DNA of 64,000 nucleotides from Gemmatimonadota bacterium (GTDB lineage: Bacteria > JBHIER01 > G020348925). Made by a program: the position numbers and the translations under genes. Location: the NCBI GenBank assembly GCA_020348925.1, contig CP070758.1, positions 372,001-436,000 of the forward strand, written 5' to 3'. The notes under the pieces were generated by a model. The model had not been told where the DNA came from. It worked only from the letters and a program-made list of their open reading frames with translations, and did not search any database. Below are positions 50,108 through 60,460 of this stretch, piece after piece (position 1 is the stretch's first letter; the number at the start of each line of letters is the position of its first letter).

Positions 50108-51217
50108 ATGAAGAAACAATTTATTCCAAAAAAATCGAAGGAAAACGTCATCTCCAAATTCCAAAATCGTCTTCTGAAATGGTATGAGAAGAATAAGCGG
50201 AACCTTCCCTGGAGAAGCACCAAAGATCCATATCACATTTTGGTCTCAGAGGTGATGTTGCAGCAGACCCAAACTTTTCGAGTGAAAGATTACTATAAAC
50301 GTTTCATCGCTGATTTCCCGGACATCGAAACTCTGGCTCACAGTAAATTGCCTGTGGTCCTTAAAACCTGGGAGGGATTGGGATATTACGCCAGAGCAAG
50401 AAATCTTCATCGAACGGCTAAGCTTATTGCGAATCACCGCCAAGGGCAATTTCCTCAAACATATGAGGACTTGATAGCACTCCCGGGAGTCGGATCTTAC
50501 ACGGCCGCAGCCATAATGAGTATTGCCTACAACAAACCATTTCCTGTTGTGGATGGTAACGTTACACGCTTGATCAGCAGAGTTTTCGGTATCGATGCGG
50601 ACCCTAAAGAGGCGGATACGAAACGGAAGCTTTCTGAAATCATAAACGAATTCATGCCGCGGCGGAGAGCGGGCCTTTTCAATCAGGCTCTAATGGAACT
50701 CGGTTCTCTTGTCTGCCAGCCCAAAAATCCGCAATGCGGCAACTGTTGTCTAAAAACTCTGTGTTATGCACGAACTTTGCCAGATCCAACAGAGCTTCCA
50801 ATCAAGGCTCAAAAAAAACCCCGTCCTCATTACGACGTGACAGCGGGATTTATTTGGAATGACAGAAAGCTGTTGCTGGCTCAACGCCCTATTAAGGAAA
50901 TGCTGGGGGGATTATGGGAGTTTCCTGGTGGAAAGAGGAAACCAAACGAATCTCTGCAAGCATGCTTGCGGAGAGAGATTCGGGAGGAGTTGGGAATTCA
51001 TATCGAAGTGAAAAAACCTATTGCCTCCGTCAAACACGGCTACTCACATTTCCGAATAACGCTTCACGGTTTTCACTGCAAGTATATCAGGGGACAAGTA
51101 CAATCTTTAGGATGCGCCGATTGGAAATGGGTTTCCCCTTCAAGGGTAAGCTCGTTTGCCTTGCCAGGAGCTGACAGAAAACTTTTCGAAACGTGGAAAA
51201 CGATGAAGGAGACCTAA
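50108..51217 (+). CDS. mutY: A/G-specific adenine glycosylase
   Basis: LPWR, VSEVMLQQTQ, WEGLGYYARARNL, LPGVGSYTA, VDGNV, Fe-S CQPKNPQCGNCCL..C, C-terminal NUDIX-like GLWEFPGG. Confidence 0.97.
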   Translation: MKKQFIPKKSKENVISKFQNRLLKWYEKNKRNLPWRSTKDPYHILVSEVMLQQTQTFRVKDYYKRFIADFPDIETLAHSKLPVVLKTWEGLGYYARARNLHRTAKLIANHRQGQFPQTYEDLIALPGVGSYTAAAIMSIAYNKPFPVVDGNVTRLISRVFGIDADPKEADTKRKLSEIINEFMPRRRAGLFNQALMELGSLVCQPKNPQCGNCCLKTLCYARTLPDPTELPIKAQKKPRPHYDVTAGFIWNDRKLLLAQRPIKEMLGGLWEFPGGKRKPNESLQACLRREIREELGIHIEVKKPIASVKHGYSHFRITLHGFHCKYIRGQVQSLGCADWKWVSPSRVSSFALPGADRKLFETWKTMKET

Positions 51218-51219
51218 AT

Positions 51220-52194
51220 TTGTCCGTTCTTCTTATCTTCATTGACGGTCTCGGGATTGGTGAGGACAATTCTCACGTGAACCCCTGTGCAAATAATGCG
51301 TTCACTCTTTTTAACATCGTCAAGAGTGATATACCGAAAAAGCCATTACCGTATGGCGGCAGTATGGTTTCTATCGATGCGACGTTGGGGATAGAAGGGC
51401 TCCCTCAAAGCGCCACCGGTCAGACAGCTCTGCTTACGGGTGTCAACAGCGCTCGAATTCTCGGATATCATAAACAGGGATTTCCAAATAACAAACTTCG
51501 TGACATACTCAGGGAGAATTCTGTTCTGAAAAAAGTGGTTGAACAGGAGGGAAAAGCTGCGTTTCTCAATGCCTTCAGACCCCGGTTCTTTCAATATCGT
51601 ATCGAAGAGATCGTTTCCAAATTGTCTGTCACGACTGTGGCCAACTGGGTTGCCGGACTATCCTTTTTCGCCCTGCAGGATGTCGTTGACAGAAGAGCTC
51701 TTTATCAAGATTTCACAAACATCGATCTCATCGCACGCGGTTTCAAAATGCCAGTATTTACGCCTCATGAAGCAGGTGAAATATTGGCTTCTGAAGCGCA
51801 GAAGTTCGATTTCTGTCTGTACGAATATTTTAAGACCGATCACGCCGGGCATTCCCAAAATATGAATCGAGCCACGGAAGAGATCGTCAAACTTGAAGAA
51901 TTTTTAATGTCGTTGCTGTCTCGTATTGACTTGGATCAAAATACACTCATTGTAACAAGTGATCATGGAAATATCGAAGATCTCTCCGTACGAACACATA
52001 CGAAAAACAAAGTCCCGGCGATGGTTTGGGGCTCCAATGTGATACAAGCGGAGAGACTTCACTCTCTCACAGATATCGTTCCTTTCATTCTGGAAAGAAT
52101 AGAGTATATGTCCCGATCGGAAACGAAAGAAAATAAGAATGTGGGTTCAACGCTCGAATTTTACCATGGAAAGGAGGTGATCCCATGCCAGTAA
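51220..52194 (+). CDS. Metalloenzyme (alkaline phosphatase/iPGM superfamily)
   Basis: LIFIDGLGIG, PQSATGQT, TDHAGH, VTSDHGN, HTKN; AAGGAG before TTG 51220. Confidence 0.85.
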   Translation: MSVLLIFIDGLGIGEDNSHVNPCANNAFTLFNIVKSDIPKKPLPYGGSMVSIDATLGIEGLPQSATGQTALLTGVNSARILGYHKQGFPNNKLRDILRENSVLKKVVEQEGKAAFLNAFRPRFFQYRIEEIVSKLSVTTVANWVAGLSFFALQDVVDRRALYQDFTNIDLIARGFKMPVFTPHEAGEILASEAQKFDFCLYEYFKTDHAGHSQNMNRATEEIVKLEEFLMSLLSRIDLDQNTLIVTSDHGNIEDLSVRTHTKNKVPAMVWGSNVIQAERLHSLTDIVPFILERIEYMSRSETKENKNVGSTLEFYHGKEVIPCQ

Positions 52195-52406
52195 AGGCCA
52201 AGAAGAAGGCCACCAAGAAGAAGGTGGCCAAGAAGAAAGTGGCCAAGAAAAAGGCGACCAAGAAGAAGGTCGCCAAGAAAAAGGTGACCAAGAAGAAAGT
52301 AGCCAAAAGGAAGGTTGCCAAGAAAAAGGCGACGAAGAAAAAGGTTGCCAAGAAAAAGGCAACCAAGAAGAAAGCCAAAAAGAAGGCAGCTAAGAGGAAA
52401 AGGTAA
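52185..52406 (+). CDS. Histone H1-like lysine-rich repeat protein
   Basis: AAGGAGGTGA RBS; 73 aa of KKKVA/KKKAT pentapeptides with synonymous codon variation. Confidence 0.8.
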   Translation: MPVKAKKKATKKKVAKKKVAKKKATKKKVAKKKVTKKKVAKRKVAKKKATKKKVAKKKATKKKAKKKAAKRKR

Positions 52407-52510
52407 AAGGGCTACTTAGAAGTTCCACTCGTTGAAATCGAAGTCCTTCCGTAGAAAGTTTGTTGCGGATTTCAACCGTGTGGCCACCTTTTTAATATGG
52501 CCTGTACCAG

Positions 52511-52547
52511 GTTGGGGTCGAGTTCATTCTCGACCCCAACTCTTATT
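52511..52547 (+). terminator. Stem-loop/terminator downstream of the H1-like gene
   Basis: gttggggtcgag / ctcgaccccaac perfect 12-bp stem followed by tcttatt. Confidence 0.6.
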
Positions 52548-52694
52548 CAGGGAAAACGAGACACCTGGGAAATCCGACACTTCAAGCTTGAATTGTCTTA
52601 AGTTATTAACTCGCGATCTGTTACATCCAAACACACAACTCCGATCTTTTTCAATAAAAATGAAATACAAATTCACTTGCCCTATGGGGAGAAC

Positions 52695-53276
52695 ATGATC
52701 ACTCTGGGTACTCCGACCCCATTTCAAAGACTCATTCGAGACAGAAGGAGCATCCGCAGCTTTCTGGATAAGCCGGTCGAACGGGAAAAAATTCTTTCCT
52801 GTATTGAAGCGGCGCGGTGGGCACCCTCTGCCGAGAATGTTCAGCCGTGGCGATTCATTGTTATCGATGATCCACAATTGAGGGAAGAATTTGGAAAAGC
52901 CGCATTCTCGGGTATTTATTACCCGTCTCGTTTTGCTGCGAAAGCTCCTCTCCTTATTGTGGTTCTGGCCAAAAAAGATCTCTTAGCCAATGTGATTGGC
53001 AAGCAAATTCAGGGAACATCCTGGTACCTTATTGATATCGGAATTACCGGTGAACACATTGTCCTGCAAGCCCAGGAGCTGGGCTTGGGAACATGTTGGG
53101 TTGGATGGTTCAACGCGAAAAAGGTCCGTACGTTCCTACATATTCCTCCAAGATATAAAGTGGTTATCCTTATCGCTATGGGATACTATAGCGAAAAACC
53201 GGCAAGGGTCAAACAACGGAAACCCCTCGAGGAAATTGTTTCTTTCAATGGTTTCAAGAAAGGAAGTGAAGATTAA
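52695..53276 (+). CDS. Nitroreductase family protein
   Basis: RRSIRSF, AARWAPSAENVQPWRF, LGLGTCWVG. Confidence 0.93.
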   Translation: MITLGTPTPFQRLIRDRRSIRSFLDKPVEREKILSCIEAARWAPSAENVQPWRFIVIDDPQLREEFGKAAFSGIYYPSRFAAKAPLLIVVLAKKDLLANVIGKQIQGTSWYLIDIGITGEHIVLQAQELGLGTCWVGWFNAKKVRTFLHIPPRYKVVILIAMGYYSEKPARVKQRKPLEEIVSFNGFKKGSED

Positions 53277-53455
53277 AAAAGGGTGCATAGTGTCAAATGA
53301 AGATCGTGAAACGTTTCATGTACGAGCTCCGAATTCTTTGCTCGATTTTTTTACGTTCATGTCTCTTGGGAGAGGCAAGGTTTCTTTGTCAGACGAATAT
53401 TTTGTGTATGATTGTAAAGGAGTCGTAACTCTTTCATCTGTTCATGTATTGAAAA

Positions 53456-53860
53456 ATGGCGAAAACATATAAAGCGTCCTTAAGAGTCCGGTTCAGTGAG
53501 CTCGATCTTTACGGACATGTCCACCATGCTGAGTATCTCAGGTATCTCGAATGGGCCAGAATGGAATATTTGAAACAGGCAGGTGTCTCTTTTGTCGAGC
53601 TCATGGGAAAAGATATTTATATCGTCGTAGTGAATGCTGTTCTTAACTTTAACAGTCCGGCACGCTATGACGAAGAACTCATAATCTCGGGAGTCATCGA
53701 AGAAATTGGAACTACCAGCCTCACCATGAAACAACGGATTGAAGAGCGCAAGACAAAGCGCAACATCTTGGAAGCACAATTTACCTTCGTCTTTCTGAAC
53801 AAAGAACGTAAAAAAATCCCTGTCCCAAAGCGTATTCTTCGGCTTTCTCCTCAAAAGTGA
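53456..53860 (+). CDS. Acyl-CoA thioesterase (YbgC/FadM hot-dog family)
   Basis: VRFSELDLYGHVHHAEYLRYLEWAR, PARYDE. Confidence 0.9.
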   Translation: MAKTYKASLRVRFSELDLYGHVHHAEYLRYLEWARMEYLKQAGVSFVELMGKDIYIVVVNAVLNFNSPARYDEELIISGVIEEIGTTSLTMKQRIEERKTKRNILEAQFTFVFLNKERKKIPVPKRILRLSPQK

Positions 53861-53923
53861 CCTCAGTAAAAACGAAAACAGTCATCTTTATCTCAAAATA
53901 CGAGCCCCTCTTTTTCCCTTGCC

Positions 53924-54901
53924 TTGATTTTAAAATTAGCTTATACTTTATCGAGTACACTACTATTAGGAATCTTATTCATCCTAACAATTTTCGGCAG
54001 GGCAAAGTCTACAAAAGATCAAATGTTCCGAAGGCGAAAATTTGAAATTGAGACACACGGTCTCTATCCCAGAGACAAAGTGATCGTGCACGACTCAGCT
54101 GAACATATGATGATGACACCAAAATTGAGGGATCTCATCGAAGAGGAATGGCAAAAAAAAGAGGCGCGCATGGTGAAGCGGGAAGGCCTTTTCTTTTCAG
54201 GGGATCTCTGCCGCCTCAACCGATATGAGGTCCGTGAGAACGAGCTTCACCTCTTCCTCGGCCGAACACATTTCAAGGAACTGCTCGGAACGAACCTCAG
54301 CCATCCCATCATTCATAAACTTTTAGGCGAAGAGTACATGTCAAACGGACTCGGAGTCCGGGCAGCCATCTGTACTCATGATGAAAAGATCATCATTTGT
54401 CAGCGGAGTGAAAAAGTGATGGAAGCAGCAGGCTATTATCATTTATGTGGCGGATACGTAAAACCTTCAAAACATCATCGCCGTGGAATACCAGACCCCT
54501 ATCTCTCCATGGAATCATACATGGAAGAAGAACTGGGCATTTCAAAGGAATCAATACGGCGTCTCGTCTGCTCTGGGCTCGCTGTGAATAGCGAAACCTT
54601 GAAGCCCGAACTTATGTTTGAAGCGGAGATAGATCTCACTTTCCGGAAGGTGCTCGTTAACATGGCCAAGGCCGCCAGGGACTTCACCCATTCCGAATTA
54701 TTCGGAATCATGGCTCAGAAAACCTCGCTCAGAGGATTTTTAGTCGCAAACAAGAGGAAAATCGCACCCACCGGCCAGGCCTGCCTGTGGATTTATGGGA
54801 TCGAAAAGGGATATTGGCCCGAGGTTCGGAAAGGGATCTTAAAGAGATACGCCGAGCGGAAACTTCGAAGGAAGGCGGATGAAAACAGAGGCCGATCTTA
54901 A
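53924..54901 (+). CDS. Hypothetical NUDIX-like protein (start uncertain)
   Basis: LGV.A...T.D...RS..V....G.YH..GG..P; MEEELGI degenerate Nudix box. Confidence 0.6.
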   Translation: MILKLAYTLSSTLLLGILFILTIFGRAKSTKDQMFRRRKFEIETHGLYPRDKVIVHDSAEHMMMTPKLRDLIEEEWQKKEARMVKREGLFFSGDLCRLNRYEVRENELHLFLGRTHFKELLGTNLSHPIIHKLLGEEYMSNGLGVRAAICTHDEKIIICQRSEKVMEAAGYYHLCGGYVKPSKHHRRGIPDPYLSMESYMEEELGISKESIRRLVCSGLAVNSETLKPELMFEAEIDLTFRKVLVNMAKAARDFTHSELFGIMAQKTSLRGFLVANKRKIAPTGQACLWIYGIEKGYWPEVRKGILKRYAERKLRRKADENRGRS

Positions 54902-56609
54902 GCACACTTTGCGTCGCATTGAAGGACGCGGATACAAAGCATATAAGGATATAAAGGATGTATACGACTTCGGGGAGTTCACCCTGTTTATCGATCACGT
55001 TCAAGGTGATCCGTTCGCAGCTCCAAGCCGGATTCGAGCTCAAGTTTCACAGGATATAGCTCAATTTCCACCGGACACGTACTCGAAGAAAGACAGAATC
55101 GTGGGATTGTGCGACTTGTTGACCAGGATGTTCAGTCAAAGCGCTCGGCATATCGCGAAGGGACATCGGGGCACGGGGAAAAGCGGGATGATTGAGATTG
55201 ACACGCCAGGGCAAGAGATATTGGAACGAACCTCCGTGGTCATAAACAGAAATTTTGTAGAAGCTCGATGTGTGATGGGTCTTCCCGCGTCAGGTCGGCG
55301 GATTCTGGCTCGAGAGGCCGAAGCCATGTTCTTCGATGAACTGCCAAAGATAGTATCGGCATCTTTACGGGTTCAGGATAACGGTAAAAAGAGATTGCAT
55401 AAACATATAGAAGTATACGAGGATCAGTGTTGGCTTCGATCCCAGCTGGAGAATCTTGGTTTGGTCGCATTCATCGCCAACGGCAGTCTGCTCCCCCGGG
55501 CAAGTGGTGTCGATGATCGTCCTCTCTCGACGGGTAGAATTGTCACGTTTCAGTCGCCGCCTTCGTTGGAGATGACAGTTGAGCTTCCTAACCATGGACC
55601 TGTGCTGGGTATGGGCATTCCCAAGGGAGTGACCCTTATTGTTGGAGGCGGATATCACGGAAAATCGACACTTCTCGATGCTTTGGTGCGGAGCGTTTAC
55701 TGCCACATTCCCGGGGACGGACGAGAATGTGTAGTAACCCACAGCGATGCGGTTAAAATTCGGGCCGAGGACGGTCGCAGAATTGAGGGGGTGGATATCA
55801 GTCCGTTCATAAAGAACCTTCCGTTTGGCCAGCAGACGATATCCTTCTCTACTGACGACGCCAGCGGTTCCACCTCACAGGCGGCGAACATTATTGAAGC
55901 TCTGGAAATTGAGGCCAAGGTTCTGCTCATGGACGAGGACACTTCGGCCACAAACTTCATGATTCGGGATCATCGGATGCAGGAACTGGTGTCAAAAGAG
56001 AAGGAGCCCATCACGCCTTTTATCGATAAAATCCGGCTCCTCTATCGGGAACACGGCGTCTCCACTGTTCTCGTCATGGGGGGCTCGGGCGAATATTTTG
56101 ATGTGGCCGATACGGTCATTGCTTTGGAAGATTATGTACCTCGAGATGTTACCAGTGAAGCGAAAAACATAGCTCAAAGATATAAAGCCGAGCGAAAACA
56201 TGAAGGAGGTACCGTCTTTGGTACGACTACGCCGCGTATCCCAGTCGCCGCAAGTTTCGATCCCAGCCGGGGAAGAAAACCGGTCAAAACAGATGCGAAA
56301 GGCTTACGCACATTGGTTTTCGGCCGCCATACTATTGATCTTTCTGCTGTTGAACAGATCGTTGATCGGAGTCAGACTCGTGCTATTGGAGACGCTCTTT
56401 TAAGAGCCAGTCGAGAACACATGAACGGGAGACGCAGTCTCAGTCAAATTATGGGTCTTTTAATGGATGAGATTGAGACGGGAGGACTGGACGTTCTAAA
56501 TTCCAAACCATTAGGCAACTATGCTTTGCCCAGACGCTTTGAAGTTGCTGCTGCCATCAACCGCTTACGAACGCTGAGGGTGGAAAACCGACGGACCGTT
56601 TTGAATTAG
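54879..56609 (+). CDS. ABC-class ATPase domain protein (ABC_ATPase family)
   Basis: DHVQGDPFAAPS, LPRASG, VGGGYHGKSTLL, ASGSTSQAANI, DEDTSATNFMIRD, AAAINRLR. Confidence 0.92.
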   Translation: MKTEADLKHTLRRIEGRGYKAYKDIKDVYDFGEFTLFIDHVQGDPFAAPSRIRAQVSQDIAQFPPDTYSKKDRIVGLCDLLTRMFSQSARHIAKGHRGTGKSGMIEIDTPGQEILERTSVVINRNFVEARCVMGLPASGRRILAREAEAMFFDELPKIVSASLRVQDNGKKRLHKHIEVYEDQCWLRSQLENLGLVAFIANGSLLPRASGVDDRPLSTGRIVTFQSPPSLEMTVELPNHGPVLGMGIPKGVTLIVGGGYHGKSTLLDALVRSVYCHIPGDGRECVVTHSDAVKIRAEDGRRIEGVDISPFIKNLPFGQQTISFSTDDASGSTSQAANIIEALEIEAKVLLMDEDTSATNFMIRDHRMQELVSKEKEPITPFIDKIRLLYREHGVSTVLVMGGSGEYFDVADTVIALEDYVPRDVTSEAKNIAQRYKAERKHEGGTVFGTTTPRIPVAASFDPSRGRKPVKTDAKGLRTLVFGRHTIDLSAVEQIVDRSQTRAIGDALLRASREHMNGRRSLSQIMGLLMDEIETGGLDVLNSKPLGNYALPRRFEVAAAINRLRTLRVENRRTVLN

Positions 56610-56680
56610 CGAGCTTTCTTGCGTTCAATTTCATATGCTTTGACATCAATGAAATACGTTTCAGTAAGGAGGTGCTGAAC

Positions 56681-57112
56681 ATGAAAATTCAAAGAGGTTT
56701 GTTCTTCGGGTGTATGTTATTGATTATAGGCCTTTTAACCACAACAGGTTACGGCCGACAGAGTGAAAAGAGCGAAGGAATTCGCGTGGCATACGGCGTC
56801 ATCTGCACAGATGTTCAAAATCGAGAACCTATAGGAATAGACAGTACGTTCAGCGCCGCTGTCGGCTCACTCTATTGCTTTACCCGCATAGAGGGGGCGG
56901 CCGATACCACCAGCGTAACCCATGTCTGGTATTTCGGTGAAAAAAAGATGAGCGAGATCACTCTCGCAGTGAAATCACCCAGCTGGAGGACGCAATCAAA
57001 CAAGAAGATTTTACCGAATTGGACGGGTAAATGGAATGTGGTGGTGCTTTCCGAGAGGGGTGATCCCTTGACTCAAATATCATTTAATATCAAAGGTTCA
57101 AAATCAGAATAG
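56681..57112 (+). CDS. DUF2914 family secreted protein
   Basis: ICTDVQNREP, LYCFT, HVWY, SWRTQSNK, GKWNV. Confidence 0.85.
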   Translation: MKIQRGLFFGCMLLIIGLLTTTGYGRQSEKSEGIRVAYGVICTDVQNREPIGIDSTFSAAVGSLYCFTRIEGAADTTSVTHVWYFGEKKMSEITLAVKSPSWRTQSNKKILPNWTGKWNVVVLSERGDPLTQISFNIKGSKSE

Positions 57113-57294
57113 ATCGTGTGTATTTTCAAATTCGCAGGAGACTGAACATGGAGCACAGAATACCGGCTTATTTTTGATAACCTTCCTTCTGTTGCCCTGA
57201 TCAAAGGGGAATCGCCGTTTTATATAGAGAAGATCTGTTCTGTAAAAAAAGCTTCGAGCCTATCGGATTGGAATGATCGCAATGGGGATAAAAT

Positions 57295-59700
57295 ATGAGA
57301 TGCGGTAAAATTGTCACGTACAGAATTTCACTCATAATCGCAGCCATTTTCACTACAGTTCCCATCACTTTTGCCGGGCTCTCAATCGATACTACCCCCA
57401 TTATACCCCAGCAGGAGCTTCATCCCAACTTATATTTCACCCATCAGGACATATCGATTCTCAGGACTAAGAAAGACATACCCCCCTACTCCGACTGGTG
57501 GGTCCAGATCAACTCTGCATCGAACGCGTATCTTGAGCAGGATCTTTCGTCATCGAGTCTCACGGAAGAAGAGCGGAGCAAAGGTGCTAAAGTTTGCGCC
57601 TTTGCTTTCGTCATAACAGATGATGACCACTGTGCCGAAAAGGCCAGAGAAGCACTCCTGGCCATGTGGACGAGCCCTGGATCAAACAGTAGACGAATGT
57701 TAGAGGCAGCATATCATCTTCAAAGTTACTGCGAAGCGTACGACTGGGTCCAGACCTCTTTGGATCCATCCGATGATGTCCTGATTCGAGAGAAATTGGC
57801 CTCTGAGGCCGAGCGTTTTTACAACGATCCCGTTCTTTGGTCACCCTTCGGCTACACAAACAACTGGGGAGTAAAAGCCGCCGCCGCTCTGGGTACCGCA
57901 GCCTTGGTCATCTCCGACTACTCTGCGGCAGACCATTCGCCGACCCAATGGCTGGGCCGAGCCCTGGAACGAATCAATTCCCTCTTGTCCGTGTTGACCA
58001 CGGACGACGGTCTCTGGATTGAGGGCTCCCACTACCTTACGTACACGTGCGGCAATGTGATACCATTCCTGTGGCACTACAAAAATATATCCCATGTCGA
58101 CCTCTTTGCAGATCTCCGACCTCTCTTCGATTTTGCCTTACTCATCCGCTATCCGGACGGTCATACGCCAAACCTTGAGGATGCGTATTCCAATATCTTT
58201 CCTCACTCAATGGTCGCCCCGGCTTATGAGCGGAACACGGCCTCTCTCCACATGTGGGCCTATGAGGAGGGTCCTGGGTTCGACACGGTCTGGTGGACGC
58301 AGGACGTCAAGGAGATAGATCTCATCATCATCCATGATACTTCCATTCAAGTTTCTCCTCCAGCCGAGCAACCCTCAGTTTTTTTGGACGACGCCCGTGT
58401 GGCCGTACTTAGATCCGGATGGGCCGATGAGGACATTTACCTCTACCTCAACGGTGCGCCTGATTATAACAATATGCTCGCTGGCGGTGTTCATACGCAT
58501 CCCGATCCGTTAGAATTCATCTTCTACGCGCAAAAAGCCATTCTGGCCAACGACGCGGGTTACGGCCCTGATGGCTTCAGCGATACGAATCGTCTCTGGT
58601 ACACCAATCCCGAGGCTCACAATATCATTCTTATCGACGGGATCGCCCCGCAGAATGCACCCATTGCCGTGAGCACTTGGATTGCCTCGGAAGAAATGGT
58701 TTTTGCTGAAATGATTGCCAGTTATGGCGAGGCAACACTTGCAAGAGGCACACTTCTTGTCGGTAACGAATACGCCATTGTGGCTGACTATGTGACAGCA
58801 GATGAAGTTAAAGAGTGTGATTTCATTCTTCACGGCCGAGGGGCGATGACGCACGTCGATCGTCATGTGGTATGGTCCCTTGTGAACACCGATTCAATGA
58901 ATGTGGAATTCCGGACCTACCTCTTTCCGAGCACAACTACTCTTGAAAGGAGATCCGGTCTGGCCTGCTTTGAGTGGGGACAGGAAGAAACGAATGAGTA
59001 CATCATATCTCATGCAGAGGGGGAAAGTGCTCGTTTTCTAACCCTTCTCCTTCCCGGATACGCGTCTGACCTCCCTCACCAGGTGTTCGAAGTATCGGGA
59101 GAAGATTACGTCGGAGTCTATTGTAATGATGATTTCATAGTTCTGCAAGGCGACACTCTTTTACTCTCCCTGGACGAGGTTCAGTCGGATGCCCGGCTCG
59201 TCTTTCTAAGAACATGGGACGCGGGGCTCTGGCTGATAGAAGATGGCAGGACATTGACTTGGAATGATGTTCTCTTCATGCAGTCAAGTCGACGAATATC
59301 AATAACCTCAAGTCCGCCGGGGGAGTATCGATATACGCTTCATATTTCGCAGAACGATTTCCAATACTCACTCTATCTTGCCCTCCCTGATAGTATGTGG
59401 GCACTCGCAGCCTCCCTAAATGAAACACATATTCCCACTGTACAGGAGGCCGATGGAGTCTCTCTTGAGATCACAGGAGGCGGCAGACTGACCGTAGAAC
59501 TCACATTGGCACGAGAGGGAGACATTATTCCGGATGGAGTGGTCGACGTTCTCGATCTCGTGAGGGCGGTCAATATTATGCTTGATATCGAACCCGAGGC
59601 GACGAGACACGAAATATGGGCCGCTGATACCAACTCCGACGGAAAGATCGATCTTCTGGATCTTGTTGATATTGTCAACATAATACTGTCGGTTCGGTAA
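57295..59700 (+). CDS. Secreted heparinase II/III-like polysaccharide lyase with C-terminal dockerin
   Basis: Signal peptide; HPNLYF, YDW, NNWG, DGLWIEGSHY, LRSGW, HTHPD, DAGY, AHNIILIDG; dockerin GDIIPDGVVDVLD...ADTNSDGKIDLLD. Confidence 0.85.
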   Translation: MRCGKIVTYRISLIIAAIFTTVPITFAGLSIDTTPIIPQQELHPNLYFTHQDISILRTKKDIPPYSDWWVQINSASNAYLEQDLSSSSLTEEERSKGAKVCAFAFVITDDDHCAEKAREALLAMWTSPGSNSRRMLEAAYHLQSYCEAYDWVQTSLDPSDDVLIREKLASEAERFYNDPVLWSPFGYTNNWGVKAAAALGTAALVISDYSAADHSPTQWLGRALERINSLLSVLTTDDGLWIEGSHYLTYTCGNVIPFLWHYKNISHVDLFADLRPLFDFALLIRYPDGHTPNLEDAYSNIFPHSMVAPAYERNTASLHMWAYEEGPGFDTVWWTQDVKEIDLIIIHDTSIQVSPPAEQPSVFLDDARVAVLRSGWADEDIYLYLNGAPDYNNMLAGGVHTHPDPLEFIFYAQKAILANDAGYGPDGFSDTNRLWYTNPEAHNIILIDGIAPQNAPIAVSTWIASEEMVFAEMIASYGEATLARGTLLVGNEYAIVADYVTADEVKECDFILHGRGAMTHVDRHVVWSLVNTDSMNVEFRTYLFPSTTTLERRSGLACFEWGQEETNEYIISHAEGESARFLTLLLPGYASDLPHQVFEVSGEDYVGVYCNDDFIVLQGDTLLLSLDEVQSDARLVFLRTWDAGLWLIEDGRTLTWNDVLFMQSSRRISITSSPPGEYRYTLHISQNDFQYSLYLALPDSMWALAASLNETHIPTVQEADGVSLEITGGGRLTVELTLAREGDIIPDGVVDVLDLVRAVNIMLDIEPEATRHEIWAADTNSDGKIDLLDLVDIVNIILSVR

Positions 59701-59761
59701 GACCGTCCTCATTTTTGAAAGGTGTAACAGATATCCCCCAGATGGCATCGTTCGGAGGTAC

Positions 59762-60454
59762 ATGTCAGAGACAAATAATGGCCTCAAAAGCATAAAAGCG
59801 ATAATTTTTGATCTGGACGGTGTTATTATCGATTCCGAACCGCTCCATGTCAATACGGAGAAACGACTCTTTTCAGAATACGGGATTACTGTGGAATCTG
59901 AAGATTGGATTCGGTTTAAGGGGTTGACGCCTCGGGCCGTATTCGAATTCGTCCGATCCAAGTATAACCTCGAGGAGGATCTCGACATCTTTCTTGAAAA
60001 AAAACACAGGTATTTGGCAGAGGCTTATGAGGGTACGCTTTCGCTTTTTCCCGATTTCTTACCATTTGTCCGGCGTTTTCGAAACGGCTTCGTTTTTGCC
60101 TTGACGACTTCAACGCGCCGACCACTCACAGATTGGGTCTTGAGCAAGTTTCGGCTGAAAGATATATTTCAGGTTGTGGTGACGGCGGATGATGTCGTCC
60201 ATGGAAAGCCTCATCCGGAGCCCTACACCAAGACGATTCAACATTTGAAATTAAGATCTTCGGAGTGCGTCGTCATCGAGGACTCCATCAACGGTGTCAT
60301 ATCAGCCAAAGCAGCGGGCGCAAAATGCATTGCCGTGACAACCTCTTTCGAGAAGCATGAACTTCCCGAAGCGGACGTCTTCGCCGATCGATTAGAAGAT
60401 ATAACGGAGGAGATGTTGCAGTCACTCAAAGGGACAGGATCAACGGGGAAATAA
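59762..60454 (+). CDS. HAD-superfamily phosphatase (beta-PGM/CbbY-like)
   Basis: IFDLDGVIIDSE, GKPHPEPY, VIEDSINGV.SAKAAG. Confidence 0.93.
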   Translation: MSETNNGLKSIKAIIFDLDGVIIDSEPLHVNTEKRLFSEYGITVESEDWIRFKGLTPRAVFEFVRSKYNLEEDLDIFLEKKHRYLAEAYEGTLSLFPDFLPFVRRFRNGFVFALTTSTRRPLTDWVLSKFRLKDIFQVVVTADDVVHGKPHPEPYTKTIQHLKLRSSECVVIEDSINGVISAKAAGAKCIAVTTSFEKHELPEADVFADRLEDITEEMLQSLKGTGSTGK

Positions 60455-60460
60455 GAAACC

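Noticed and set aside
49746-50108. 120-aa ORF upstream of mutY
   Set aside because: Low-complexity, AT-rich translation with no recognisable motif, and its start lies within the palindrome; likely spurious.
52185-52400. Tandem 15-nt repeats as a CRISPR array or VNTR; antisense Phe-rich ORFs 52085-52378 and 52147-52362
   Set aside because: There are no unique spacers, the repeat is explained by the Lys-rich coding sequence, and the antisense ORFs are shadows.
53304-53320. cgtgaaacgtttcatg palindrome as a third parS
   Set aside because: The half-sites are arranged inversely relative to the parS consensus.
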